In this document: positions 9,846 through 18,944 of the stretch, in pieces
Numbering within the stretch: the stretch's first letter is position 1
Layout: each line of letters opens with the position of its first letter
DNA from: Bacteroidota bacterium
GTDB taxonomy: Bacteria; Bacteroidota; Bacteroidia; B-17B0; Aurantibacillaceae
Reading direction: 5' to 3'
Assembly (NCBI GenBank): GCA_016194985.1
Contig: JACQAK010000150.1
Span: forward strand, 236-64,235
Length of the DNA: 64,000 bases
The notes under the pieces: model-generated
Databases searched by the model: none
What the model was told of the DNA's origin: nothing
The model's input: the letters and a program-made list of their open reading frames with translations, nothing else
Made by a program: the position numbers and the translations under genes

Positions 9846-10790
9846 CTATTTGTCAAGAATGAGTTTTTGCGAATAAATTTGCTTGTTTGTTTTGATTCTG
9901 AGAAAGTACATTCCGTTAGCAAATTCTTCCATGTTAACCGTATATTTATTTTTTTGTTGATGAGTTAAAACCGGCATTAATTGCTTTCCATTAATGTCAA
10001 ATAACGTAAATTCCTGAATATCTTCATTGGGTGTCAGGCTATAATCTATTGTAACGGAATTAGACGTGGGATTTGGATAAATAACTAAGGCCTTGCCTGA
10101 ACCCGGTGTATTAATATGGGTTGTGATAGTATTGCACTCTAATCTTACAATCCAGCAATCGCTACTTCCATTATTAACAATATCAAAATCACCGGAAAAT
10201 GATGTCCCAGCTAAAATATAATTTCCGTCTGTTGTTTGATGAACAAAAAAACCATGATCATTAGCAGAGCCGCCCAATGACTTTTGCCATTCCATGGTAC
10301 CTGTTTCATTAATCTTTAACGTCCAGGCATCAAAAGCTCCATGGTTATATGTTACGTCTCCTGTAATGGATTCTGAAAAACCTGTGATGACATAGCCTTT
10401 GTCTGCTGTTTCTCTGATAGAGTATAATTCATCATCTGCCAAACTACCATATGACTTTTGCCAGATTATAGAGCCTGCAGCATCTAATTTTACAACCCAA
10501 TAATCAAATCCGCCTCCATTAGGCCCATGATGCCCTGTAATATCACCATCATTGGATTTTGAAGAGCCGGCAACAATATACCCGCCATCTATTGTTTGCT
10601 CTATGGAGCTTGCCGCATCATATGCTGTTCCCCCATATGACTTTTGCCATTGTATAGCTCCATTGTTAGTTAATTTAACTACCCAATAATCGCAACCGCC
10701 ATTATTTGATGTTACATTTCCATCATTTGAAAAGGTGTACCCGGCAACAATATAACCCCCATCATTGGTTTGCGTAATGGATTCTGCTGC
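9846..10790 (-). pseudogene. 5'-truncated T9SS (type A CTD) repeat protein remnant
   Basis: The frame is open from 10790 to 9846, but no ATG/GTG/TTG occurs before 10442 and an in-frame TGA sits at 10791-10793. It contains about 70-aa repeats (DGGYIVAG..S.SNDGD...DYWVVKL...G...WQKSYGG). The C-terminus YPNPTSNSVTIDYS...GMYFLRIKT is a T9SS sorting domain. There is no signal peptide. Confidence 0.7.
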
Positions 10791-10889
10791 TCAGAACAAT
10801 TTAGTTATCCTATACTTTCTTTGAGTAATCGGAATATTTGTCTTCTGTATAGCTGCTTTTTTTACTCATTAAAAAAATTTGCATGTAGC

Positions 10890-10916
10890 TGTAACTTTTT
10901 TGTAACCGGAGGCGTC
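10890..10916 (+). promoter_or_regulatory. Possible ECF-sigma-type promoter (GTAAC-N17-CGTC)
   Basis: GTAAC at 10891-10895 and CGTC at 10913-10916 are spaced 17 nt apart. The motif lies about 50 nt upstream of the ATG at 10968. The window contains no ECF sigma gene. Confidence 0.25.
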
Positions 10917-10967
10917 CTATGTATAAAATCTGCAGAAAAAGATTAATTATACTTAAAATCAACCATT

Positions 10968-12404
10968 ATGAAATCTATATTAATATCTTCCTTGTTTTTA
11001 ATAGGTTCTCTTACTATTAAAGCCCAAATCTCTCAAAACAGAGAGGCACAGCCCTTTAAAAAGATTGAATTATCCGGGGCCGCCAACGTTGTATATACTC
11101 AAAGTGACACCTTGTCTCTAAAAGTAGTGGCCGACGACAATGAGATCAACAATATTTATACATCGTTCGAGAACGAAACACTGATCATCCGGGCAAAAGG
11201 AAATTTCTCCCATCCATACAAAGTATATGTGAGCAGTAATTCCCTAAATCAAATAACTGCCAGTGGTGCCTCTAAATTTGCCTCCTCCAACACCATCACT
11301 CCCGATAGTTTATCAATAGATGTAACAGGTGCCAGTGAAGTTACTACAGCCGTAAAGGCCAAAGCCGTTGATGCCATGATCAGCGGAGCCTCATCGGTAA
11401 GCTTATCAGGAAATGCTCAGAATTTATATGCTACTGTGAGTGGCGCATCAGGATTAAAAGCCTATAAATTAACTGCCACCAATGCTAATGTACGGGCATC
11501 GGGCGCCTCCTCTGTTAAAGTGTTTGCCAATGAAAAAATCAATGCCAATGCCACCGGTTCAAGTACCATCAAATTTAAAGGCGATCCAAAAGATGTGAGC
11601 GCCGAAGCTTCCAGTTCCTCTTCCATTGCCAAGGTAGTAGATGACGAAACATCAAAAAAATCAGGGGATAAAAAAGATTCCACCACGATTAATTTCAGAA
11701 ACAAACAATATGTGATCATTAATAAGGACAAGAATTCTGATACCACCACTACCTACAGAAAAAAACATAGTGACGATTTTCATCACTGGGGCGGATTTGG
11801 CATGGGTGTAAACGGATGGTTATCTAATGGTAATTTTGGATTGCCGGCCAGCCAGAGTTATATGGATCTAAATTATGGTAAATCCTTGAATTTTCAGCTA
11901 AATCCCTGGGAAAAAGATATTCATATCTATAAAAACCATGTAAATTTAGTGATTGGAGTGGGCTTTGAATGGAGTCAATACCAGTTCAACAATAAAACCA
12001 AATTGAATTCAGATTCCAGCTATACCTATGGCACTATTGATTCTACAAATACACTAACCTATAAGAAAAACAGGCTCAAAACCACATTTGTGAATGTACC
12101 TGTATTGTTTGAATTCAATACCAATAAAGATCCCAAAAAAGCATTTCACATTGCTATAGGAGCCATTGGGGGATATAAACTGGGTTCACGTACACGTCAG
12201 GTAGTAGAATTTCAGGGGAACACTATCCGATATATTAAAAAAGATGATTACAATATTAATCCATTCAGAGTAAATGCGCACGCCAGTATTGGTTACCACA
12301 ACTTTACCCTGTATGCGGATTATGCTTTAAACCCCTTGTTTGAGAACGGAAAAGGTCCGGAATTATATCCATTTACCATCGGTGTAAAATTAATTTCATT
12401 CTAA
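10968..12404 (+). CDS. Secreted protein: head GIN/DUF2807-like adhesin domain plus C-terminal beta-barrel
   Basis: 478 aa with signal peptide ending TIKAQ. It has repeated SGAS..V....A....A..SGAS units (DUF2807-like), an S/T/K-rich linker, and a C-terminal porin-like region ending LISF. Confidence 0.7.
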   Translation: MKSILISSLFLIGSLTIKAQISQNREAQPFKKIELSGAANVVYTQSDTLSLKVVADDNEINNIYTSFENETLIIRAKGNFSHPYKVYVSSNSLNQITASGASKFASSNTITPDSLSIDVTGASEVTTAVKAKAVDAMISGASSVSLSGNAQNLYATVSGASGLKAYKLTATNANVRASGASSVKVFANEKINANATGSSTIKFKGDPKDVSAEASSSSSIAKVVDDETSKKSGDKKDSTTINFRNKQYVIINKDKNSDTTTTYRKKHSDDFHHWGGFGMGVNGWLSNGNFGLPASQSYMDLNYGKSLNFQLNPWEKDIHIYKNHVNLVIGVGFEWSQYQFNNKTKLNSDSSYTYGTIDSTNTLTYKKNRLKTTFVNVPVLFEFNTNKDPKKAFHIAIGAIGGYKLGSRTRQVVEFQGNTIRYIKKDDYNINPFRVNAHASIGYHNFTLYADYALNPLFENGKGPELYPFTIGVKLISF

Positions 12405-12417
12405 AAGACCAATCATT

Positions 12418-12492
12418 ACGAGCATTTTGATTAAACAACAGCCCGTTTTTCAAACAATTAAACCCTTCTGATTGATAGCAGAAGGGTTTTTT
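12418..12492 (+). repeat. Copy 1 of an approx 80-nt module ending in an intrinsic terminator
   Basis: The sequence acgagcattttgattaaacaacagcccg...cccttctg-attgatag-cagaaggg-tttttt aligns with 12727-12801. The hairpin loop attgatag is identical in both copies. Confidence 0.8.
12461..12492 (+). terminator. Intrinsic terminator of the 10968-12404 gene
   Basis: The stem is cccttctg (12463-12470) paired with cagaaggg (12479-12486). A T6 run follows. Confidence 0.8.
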
Positions 12493-12525
12493 ATTTACAA
12501 CGCTTATCCCCGTTTGTTTTAATCA

Positions 12526-12575
12526 TTTTTGGGCGGAAACGTCAGTTGGCAGAAACGCCCTGAGCAAAAAATAAA
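12526..12575. repeat. Collapsed copy of the GGGCG...CGCCC element family
   Basis: The hairpin gggcg(12531-12535)...cgccc(12556-12560) is followed by tgagcaaaaaataaatcc. This parallels acgccctaagcacccaaatagtaaaaaatcc at the right end of the 18945-19255 element. Confidence 0.5.
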
Positions 12576-12726
12576 TCCACATTATTTTACTACATACTTT
12601 TACAACAAATCAATTTTCTTTAAAAAGCATACACTTACCAGATAAATGCCAACACTTATTTATCTAATGTAAAAGGGTGTTGCAGTTCTTGTACTTTTAC
12701 TCAGGTTTTGGTTCAATTTGCAAAAA

Positions 12727-12801
12727 ACGAGCGGTTTTTAGTGATAAACAACAACCCGAGTAAACAAAAAGCCCTTCTGATTGATAGCAGAGGGGCTTTT
12801 T
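12727..12801 (+). repeat. Copy 2 of the approx 80-nt terminator-bearing module (candidate small RNA)
   Basis: The sequence is acgagcggtttttagtgataaacaacaacccg...gcccttctg-attgatag-cagaggggc-ttttt. Upstream lies TTG-N21-TCAATTTG (12689-12720), a near-consensus Bacteroidota promoter. No ORF lies in between. Confidence 0.55.
12771..12801 (+). terminator. Intrinsic terminator (orphan, no upstream CDS)
   Basis: A 9-bp stem pairs 12771-12779 with 12788-12796, including one G-U pair. The loop is attgatag and a T5 run follows. Confidence 0.7.
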
Positions 12802-12867
12802 AATTCCATTTATCCTGTATTATATAACCACTTATCAAATAAAACCGACCACTTATTAGTTAGTGGT

Positions 12868-12990
12868 TTTTTAGGGCGGGTTTAGATAGTAACTTTACAG
12901 CACGTTCTTTTCATAGGTTTTGTTTAGTTTAAACCAAAAAAAATCAGGCTGCGGTGCTTTAAACGGGGATGGGCACAGCAGCCTTTTTTG
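12868..12990. repeat. Degenerate copy of the GGGCG...CGCCC element family
   Basis: The left end ttttagggcggg resembles tattagggcgcg at 18978-18990. The right part caggctgcggtgctttaaacgggg resembles cacgccgcctctttaacggggg at 19198-19219. Confidence 0.35.
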
Positions 12991-13008
12991 TGCCCTGTTG
13001 GGGGCAAA

Positions 13009-13024
13009 CCCCCTCCAGAGGGGG
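13009..13024 (-). terminator. Possible terminator hairpin after asd
   Basis: The hairpin ccccct-ccag-aggggg lies 8 nt downstream of the asd stop. The T run following it is weak. Confidence 0.35.
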
Positions 13025-13031
13025 ACATATT

Positions 13032-14021
13032 CTAAACTAATTTATTTTCTACCAGATACTCAGCGATCTGAACAGCATTGGTAGCCGCTCCTTTTCTCAG
13101 GTTATCCGATACAATCCACATATTAAGAGTTTTAGGCTGTGTTTCGTCTCTACGGATGCGTCCTACAAATACTTCATCCCTGTTATGAGCATTCATAGGC
13201 ATCGGGTAAATCTGATGAGCGATATCATCCTGTAAAACAACGCCCTTGGTGTTGCTCATGATCTCAAAAATATCTTTTACCTCAAATTCGTTTTCAAATT
13301 CAACATTCACGCTCTCGCTGTGGCCCCCCATTACAGGGATACGAACGGTAGTGGCTGTTAAACGAATCGAATCATCTCCCATGATCTTTTTGGTTTCGTT
13401 CACCATTTTCATTTCTTCTTTGGTGTAACCGTTATCCGTAAATACATCTATCTGAGGGATGACATTTAAATCGATTTTATATTTATACGCCATTTCGCCT
13501 GATTTGCCCGCACGTTCGTTCATTAGCTGGTCAACTGCTTTTACACCGGTTCCGGTTACCGATTGGTAGGTAGATACTACAACCCGTTTTATTTTATATT
13601 TTTTATGTAAAGGGTTTAGTGCCACCACCATTTGAATCGTAGAGCAATTAGGGTTTGCAATAATTTTATCGGTAGTCGTTAATTCATGTGCGTTGATTTC
13701 AGGTACTACCAGTTTCTTTGTGGCATCCATTCGCCAGGCGCTTGAGTTATCAATGACGGTGATTCCTGCTTCTGCAAATTTTGGAGCCCATTCCAAAGAG
13801 GTGTTTCCACCTGCCGAAAACAATGCTATTTCAGGTTTTGCAGCAATGGCATCCAACATAGAGTGCACCTTATATGTTTTACCCTTAAATGTTATTTCCT
13901 TTCCTACCGATCTTTCTGATGCGACCGGAATTAAATCGGTTAAGGGGAAGTTTCGTTCTGCCAATACTTCCAACATTTTGGTACCTACAAGGCCTGTTGC
14001 GCCTACGACTGCAATTTTCAT
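13032..14021 (-). CDS. asd: Aspartate-semialdehyde dehydrogenase
   Basis: 329 aa with the Rossmann motif MKIAVVGATGLVG and the active-site context IANPNCSTIQMV. Confidence 0.93.
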   Translation of the reverse strand: MKIAVVGATGLVGTKMLEVLAERNFPLTDLIPVASERSVGKEITFKGKTYKVHSMLDAIAAKPEIALFSAGGNTSLEWAPKFAEAGITVIDNSSAWRMDATKKLVVPEINAHELTTTDKIIANPNCSTIQMVVALNPLHKKYKIKRVVVSTYQSVTGTGVKAVDQLMNERAGKSGEMAYKYKIDLNVIPQIDVFTDNGYTKEEMKMVNETKKIMGDDSIRLTATTVRIPVMGGHSESVNVEFENEFEVKDIFEIMSNTKGVVLQDDIAHQIYPMPMNAHNRDEVFVGRIRRDETQPKTLNMWIVSDNLRKGAATNAVQIAEYLVENKLV

Positions 14022-14112
14022 AAGATGTTAATTGTTAAATTTTCAGCAGCAAAGTTGTAAAATAATTCGCAATGAAAAAAATTTGTTAGTATTGATTTTC
14101 AATACTTGTAAT

Positions 14113-17100
14113 ATGCGTCGGTTTCTGATATGTATCGTAACTGTGCTTTTTTCCAGTACTTCCAGAGCACAAATTTCTGAACAGTTCTCGGATGGGGATT
14201 ATACGTCTAACCCCACCTGGACCGTGAATGCTTTGTCTGATTTCTCAGTAGCTGCGGGGCAATTACGATCTGCCAACACAAGCAGTAATACCAGTTTTTA
14301 CATCTGCACTACCAATACACTTAGTTCTGATTGTGTGTGGGAATTTTGGGTAAATCTGCAATTTGCCACATCAGGCTCTAATTATGTAGATGCCTATTTA
14401 TTATCTGATAATTCTAATTTACTGGCATCAAATATCAATGGCTATTTTGTAAGAATAGGAAATACCTCGGATGATATCTCTTTATATAAAAGTACAGCGG
14501 GTACCCAAACTGTTATTATTGATGGTGTAAACAGCAGTGTTGCCAGCTCAAGCAATAATCTTATAAAAATAAAAGTAACGCGTAGCAGTAGCTATGTGTT
14601 TACACTGGAAAGAGACATTACCGGCACAGGTAATAACTACATCAGCGAAGGAACCATTACTGATGGCAGCTTTACATCAACGCTCGCCTTTGGTTTTGTG
14701 ATTAAACAATCTACTGCCGGGTTTTTTGGAAAGCATCTGTTCGACGACATAGCGGTCTCTACCATCCTTGTAGATGTAACGCCACCAGGTATTCTCAGCA
14801 ATACCGTCGTTTCTAATCATCAGGTAGATGTCCTGTTTGATGAGCCGGTGGAAATAACGTCTGCTCAAACCATCGCAAATTATACGGTTAATAACAGTAT
14901 TGGCAGTCCCACACTGGCAACAAGAGATGCCTCGAATACGGCATTAGTTCATCTTGCTTTTTCAACAAGCTTTATCAATGCCCTATCTAACACGCTTACC
15001 GTTACAGGCGTTCGGGATCTTGCTCTAAATACCATGACAGGTAATTCCACCAGCTTTGTATATATGGCTCCGGTCACCATGTCTCATAAAGATATTGTGA
15101 TCAATGAAATTTATGCGGATCCTTCACCCTTGGTTAATTTAACCACCACCGAATTTATTGAGTTATATAACAGAAGCTCCAACAGTTTTAATTTGAACGG
15201 GCTCAAGTTAACGGATGGTACCACTACCGCTACACTGGGTAATTATACCTTAGTCTCCAATGGGTATGTAATTGTTTGTGCTATAGCAGATACCTCTCAA
15301 TTCAATAATCTGGGCTATACAAACAGGTTGGGCGTGAGTTCATTTCCTTCACTCAATAATTCAGGAGATAATCTTTATCTGAAAACAGCCGGTGGCGTGT
15401 ATATTGATAGCGTTAATTATTCAGATACGTGGTATAGGGATGCCATCAAGAAAAATGGTGGATGGACGTTGGAGCAAATCAATCCATCGCCTCTTTCAAA
15501 TTGTTCTCCGTCTGTTAATTGGATCGCCTCCAACGATACGGATGGTGGTACACCGGGATTTATCAACTCTGTATACTCGATAGCACCTGACATCACCGGG
15601 CCAAAAATCAGTTCGGTAACTGTTTTAGATTCTCTCCATATTTCTATTTGTTTTGATGATATGATTTCTGCGTCGCAATTATCGGGCGTATCCAATTATA
15701 CCATCTCCGGAGGAATAGGTTCTCCCACTCTGGCCATTGCAGATCATGGAAATATGTGTGCTACACTTTCGCTGATGCAGCCCCTATTAAATGCCAGCAA
15801 TTATACGATCAGTCTTTCGGGGCTTACAGATTGTAGTGGAAATAGTGTTTCCCCAAATGTTGCCTCATTTTCTCATTACAAAGTAAAGCCTTATGATGTT
15901 GTGATCAATGAATTAATGGCCGATCCGGATCCTTCAATAGCATTACCAAACGAAGAATATGTGGAACTTAAAAACAGAACTAATTTCAGCATTCACCTTA
16001 ATAAATGGACCATTTCCACGCCTACAAGCACTAAATCCCTTCCTGACATAACCATACAGCCCAATGGCTATACTGTTCTAACAGGTTCAGGTGTTGCCAA
16101 TCAATTCCTGAATAATTTTGGAATTATAGTGTACGAAGTTCCCAATTTTCCTTCCCTCTCAAATAGCGGTTCTACTATTACCTTACGCGACAGCAATCAT
16201 GTGGTGATAAGTTCGGTAAGCTACTCCTTGAGTTGGTACCATGATGCCGATAAAGATAATGGAGGATGGAGTTTAGAACAGATAGACGCCAACAACCCCT
16301 GTGGCGGGCAAAACAACTGGCATGCCAGTACAAATCCGAACGGAGGAACGCCATCCTTTATTAATTCGGTAGCAGCCGGCAATGCAGATATAATGTCACC
16401 GGCTTTAGACAGAATTATTGTTTTGAGCGCAGACACTATAGCGCTTTTATTTTCTGAACCATTAGATAGTGTGACCTTGTCAAATGCCTCTCATTACATA
16501 TTTGATCATGGGTTAACAACTCCCGCTTATATAAAAGCAATAGCTCCCGATTTTAAAAAAGTCATTTTGAAATTATCTGCACCCATGCAGGCCGGTATGA
16601 TTTACAATTGTACCGTTCTAAACAGCATAACAGATTGTGTGGGTAATGCTTTAATCAATGGGTCTTTACCGTTTGCCTTACCGGAAGCTCCGGAAGCCAA
16701 TGATATGGTGATTAATGAAGTGCTATTCGATCCAACCAGCGGAGGTGTTGATTTTGTGGAGCTTTACAACCGAAGTCAAAAAACAATTGATTTAAAAGAT
16801 GTGCGCATTGGATCTATGGATACAATGACATCTGTTTTAAAAGATACGGAGATCATTACTAATGAAGGTTACTTAGTGTTTCCGGAAAGTTATGTTGTTA
16901 TCAGCGAAAATGGTGGTGTCATTCAACAACAGTATTTCAGTCCAAATCCGAAAGGATTTTTAGATGTCAGCGATTTGCCAAGTATGAATTCCGACGAGGA
17001 TGTTGTAACCTTAAGTGATCGTTACGCTAACATTATTGATAATTTTAAGTACAGCAGTAAGATGCATTTTCCTTTATTGGCCACTACAAAAGGAGTATCG

Positions 17101-17538
17101 TTGGAGCGTATTGATTTTAACAGGCCAACCAACGATAAAACCAACTGGAACAGTGCCGCTGAGTCGTTTGGATTTGCTACGCCTGCCTATCGCAATTCAC
17201 AATATTTACAGGCAGATGGAGGCAACGGCATTTCTATCCCGAATCCTTTATTCTCTCCCGACAATGATGGTTACAACGATGTTTTAAACATTCATTACAA
17301 ACTGGATGAACCGGGCAAAGCGGCCAATGTATTTATATACGACAGTAAAGGCAGGCAAGTGCGGCATTTAATCAAAAATGAACAACTGGTTCAGGATGGT
17401 GTGATGAGTTGGAATGGGATTAATGATACTAACGAAAAAGCTCCCATAGGGATTTATGTGGTGTATGTGGAGTTATTTAATTTATCGGGAAAAGTCAATA
17501 AGTATAAGCTAAGCTGTACCCTAGCCGGAAAATTGTAA
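14113..17538 (+). CDS. Large secreted protein with three lamin-tail (LTD) domains, Ig-like domains and a T9SS type B C-terminal domain
   Basis: The start is taken at the ATG at 14113 (MRRFLICIVTVLFSSTSRAQ). Three LTD-like units are VINEIYADPSP..EFIELYN, VINELMADPDP..EYVELKN and VINEVLFDP..DFVELYN. The C-terminus FSPDNDGYNDVLNIHY is the gliding-motility/T9SS type B CTD signature. Confidence 0.8.
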   Translation: MRRFLICIVTVLFSSTSRAQISEQFSDGDYTSNPTWTVNALSDFSVAAGQLRSANTSSNTSFYICTTNTLSSDCVWEFWVNLQFATSGSNYVDAYLLSDNSNLLASNINGYFVRIGNTSDDISLYKSTAGTQTVIIDGVNSSVASSSNNLIKIKVTRSSSYVFTLERDITGTGNNYISEGTITDGSFTSTLAFGFVIKQSTAGFFGKHLFDDIAVSTILVDVTPPGILSNTVVSNHQVDVLFDEPVEITSAQTIANYTVNNSIGSPTLATRDASNTALVHLAFSTSFINALSNTLTVTGVRDLALNTMTGNSTSFVYMAPVTMSHKDIVINEIYADPSPLVNLTTTEFIELYNRSSNSFNLNGLKLTDGTTTATLGNYTLVSNGYVIVCAIADTSQFNNLGYTNRLGVSSFPSLNNSGDNLYLKTAGGVYIDSVNYSDTWYRDAIKKNGGWTLEQINPSPLSNCSPSVNWIASNDTDGGTPGFINSVYSIAPDITGPKISSVTVLDSLHISICFDDMISASQLSGVSNYTISGGIGSPTLAIADHGNMCATLSLMQPLLNASNYTISLSGLTDCSGNSVSPNVASFSHYKVKPYDVVINELMADPDPSIALPNEEYVELKNRTNFSIHLNKWTISTPTSTKSLPDITIQPNGYTVLTGSGVANQFLNNFGIIVYEVPNFPSLSNSGSTITLRDSNHVVISSVSYSLSWYHDADKDNGGWSLEQIDANNPCGGQNNWHASTNPNGGTPSFINSVAAGNADIMSPALDRIIVLSADTIALLFSEPLDSVTLSNASHYIFDHGLTTPAYIKAIAPDFKKVILKLSAPMQAGMIYNCTVLNSITDCVGNALINGSLPFALPEAPEANDMVINEVLFDPTSGGVDFVELYNRSQKTIDLKDVRIGSMDTMTSVLKDTEIITNEGYLVFPESYVVISENGGVIQQQYFSPNPKGFLDVSDLPSMNSDEDVVTLSDRYANIIDNFKYSSKMHFPLLATTKGVSLERIDFNRPTNDKTNWNSAAESFGFATPAYRNSQYLQADGGNGISIPNPLFSPDNDGYNDVLNIHYKLDEPGKAANVFIYDSKGRQVRHLIKNEQLVQDGVMSWNGINDTNEKAPIGIYVVYVELFNLSGKVNKYKLSCTLAGKL

Positions 17539-18222
17539 ATGCTACAGGATTTTTTATCTCTTATCTATCCCCGTAACTGTGTATCATGCGGTAACTCGTT
17601 ATTTAAGCACGAAGAACAACTTTGTCATTATTGTTATCTCCATTTACCAAAAACCAATTTTCATAAACAAGCGCGCAATCCGGTTGATGCGTTATTTTAT
17701 GGCCGAACACCGCTATTATTTGCCAGTAGTTTTTATTTGTTCACCAAAAAAGGAAGCGTTCAAAAAGTACTGCATGCTATCAAATATAAACACAATAAGG
17801 ATCTGGCAACACTTATAGGAAAATGGTATGCAGAGGATCTGCAGGAACATCCCATTATTAATAAAGCTGATTATATCATCCCTGTTCCATTGCATTCCAA
17901 AAAATTCAAGATCAGAGGCTATAACCAGAGCGAGGAATTTGCCAGGGGTTTATCTAAAGGGCTCAACATTTCTTTAAATACGGATGTTTTAAGAAGAAGG
18001 GAATTTACTCAAACCCAAACCAAAAAAAGTAAGTACGAACGTTGGGAAAATGTGGAAGATGTGTTTGAATTAACTACTCCTGAAACTTTTACCGGCAAAC
18101 ATGTTATAGTGGTAGATGATGTGATTACCACAGGAGCAACCATTGAAGCCTGCTGTCAGATACTATATCAAATTGAAAACATAAAAATCAGCGTGTTAAG
18201 TATTGCTTTTGCCGATAAGTAA
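17539..18222 (+). CDS. comF: ComF family phosphoribosyltransferase-like protein
   Basis: 227 aa with an N-terminal Cys4 cluster (CVSCGN...CHYC) and the PRTase motif HVIVVDDVITTGAT. The ATG directly abuts the upstream TAA. Confidence 0.8.
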   Translation: MLQDFLSLIYPRNCVSCGNSLFKHEEQLCHYCYLHLPKTNFHKQARNPVDALFYGRTPLLFASSFYLFTKKGSVQKVLHAIKYKHNKDLATLIGKWYAEDLQEHPIINKADYIIPVPLHSKKFKIRGYNQSEEFARGLSKGLNISLNTDVLRRREFTQTQTKKSKYERWENVEDVFELTTPETFTGKHVIVVDDVITTGATIEACCQILYQIENIKISVLSIAFADK

Positions 18223-18259
18223 TCGATTTATCCACACCGATCAACCAGAGTGCCGACTC

Positions 18260-18889
18260 TTACATCGCCTCACTTACCACCTCTTTCACCGCATCCGGCA
18301 ACAAGCGTTTCAATAACGCTTCGATTCCTGCCTTTAAAGTCATGGTACTGCTAGGGCAACCACTGCAGGCGCCGCGCATTTGCACCGTTACAACACCGTC
18401 CTTTAATTCTTTAAAAGTTATTAAGCCTCCATCCGACTCTACTGCCGGACGAATATATTGATCCAGAACTTCGATAATTTTTGCCTCTACCTCATCTTTA
18501 GCGGCCACATGTTGTGTATTGATAACCTTTGTTTCGGTAAAGGTATTGTCAACCGCTACTTCCTGTTCCGGCAGGGCTGTTACAATTAAATTGCCTTTAT
18601 TCAAATAATCATTCAAAAAAATACGCAGTTCCAAACTAATATCGTCCCACTCTACATTATCTGTTTTAGTTACGGTTATGTAGTTGGCCGAAATAAATAC
18701 TGTTTTTACAAAAGGGAACTGAAATAATTGTTTGGCAATTGGTGCCGTTTGTGTTTCACTGATATTTTTATATTCAGCAGTTGCGCCTTTTTCCTTGATC
18801 AGCACTTTATTGGCAACAAATTTCATAGAAGCAGGATTTGGTGTTGCTTCAATATATATTGTGTAAGGTATTTCTACTTGGTTTTCCAT
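18260..18889 (-). CDS. NifU/Nfu-type Fe-S cluster assembly protein (Nfu_N plus NifU C-terminal domain)
   Basis: 209 aa with the CSGCPSS motif in the C-terminal domain. Confidence 0.85.
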   Translation of the reverse strand: MENQVEIPYTIYIEATPNPASMKFVANKVLIKEKGATAEYKNISETQTAPIAKQLFQFPFVKTVFISANYITVTKTDNVEWDDISLELRIFLNDYLNKGNLIVTALPEQEVAVDNTFTETKVINTQHVAAKDEVEAKIIEVLDQYIRPAVESDGGLITFKELKDGVVTVQMRGACSGCPSSTMTLKAGIEALLKRLLPDAVKEVVSEAM

Positions 18890-18944
18890 GTGACTTAATT
18901 TATGACTACAAATGTCGGTAACAATTATCGTAAGTACAAAGATA

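Noticed and set aside
10810-10869. 19-codon ORF MSKKSSYTEDKYSDYSKKV upstream of the truncated T9SS gene, considered as a transposase N-terminal remnant
   Set aside because: It is too short and too low in complexity to assign. No inverted repeats or other IS features are nearby.
13246-14031. Track ORFs 13246-13428 and 13693-14031 on the plus strand
   Set aside because: They are antisense to the well-supported asd gene and show no recognisable family features. The same applies to most other short track ORFs nested antisense in large genes, for example 8113-8346, 8947-9408, 11462-11749, 27062-27436, 40566-41084, 53532-53930 and 59190-60320.
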